A DNA stretch of 63,976 bases, the filler included, from Octopus bimaculoides (lineage: Eukaryota): the NCBI RefSeq assembly GCF_001194135.2. It is 5 parts of 5 records of this genome, joined end to end, with 100 filler letters (N's around TTAATTAATTAA, not from the genome) between each part and the next. Parts side by side here need not be neighbours in the genome. Positions count along the whole stretch, not along the records: positions 62,078 to 63,976 come from NW_026403742.1; 4 more parts are not named here. One strand, written 5' to 3'. A program made the position numbers and the translations under genes. The notes under the pieces were generated by a model that was given only the letters and a program-made list of their open reading frames with translations, was not told where the DNA came from and did no database searches. Below, piece by piece: positions 63,931 through 63,976 of the stretch. Positions within the stretch are counted from its first letter, which is position 1, and each line of letters starts with the position of its first letter.

Positions 63931-63976
63931 GCATGTATATATATGTATACATCTATCTATCTATGTAGGTATATAT

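Overview
AT-rich eukaryotic genomic DNA packed with microsatellites and repeats. The repeat spectrum suggests an octopus/cephalopod genome (inference). The window is five sequence blocks joined by four identical 100-bp spacers (44 N + TTAATTAATTAA + 44 N): 1-31388, 31489-43972, 44073-51689, 51790-61977 and 62078-63976. The only well-supported host gene is in the first block: the 5' two-thirds of a PDHX/E3BP-like gene on the + strand. It has eight coding exons (6711-29224, 333 codons) encoding a mitochondrial presequence, two tandem lipoyl domains with identical three-exon layouts, and the start of the E3-binding domain. The remaining exons are not in the window. Everything else recognisable is transposon-derived: a decayed DD41D Tc1/mariner, Penelope-like RT/GIY-YIG fragments, RTE and R4/Dong LINE pieces, several MITE families, several SINE families and a 5S rRNA pseudogene. 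There are also several long hairpins and at least six hammerhead-ribozyme-like motifs, the best preserved lying sense within PDHX intron 7. No CRISPR array or intact tRNA/rRNA gene was seen. I cannot claim a confirmed new system. The leading candidates for follow-up are the double-lipoyl PDHX, the hammerhead-bearing elements and the intronic hairpins.
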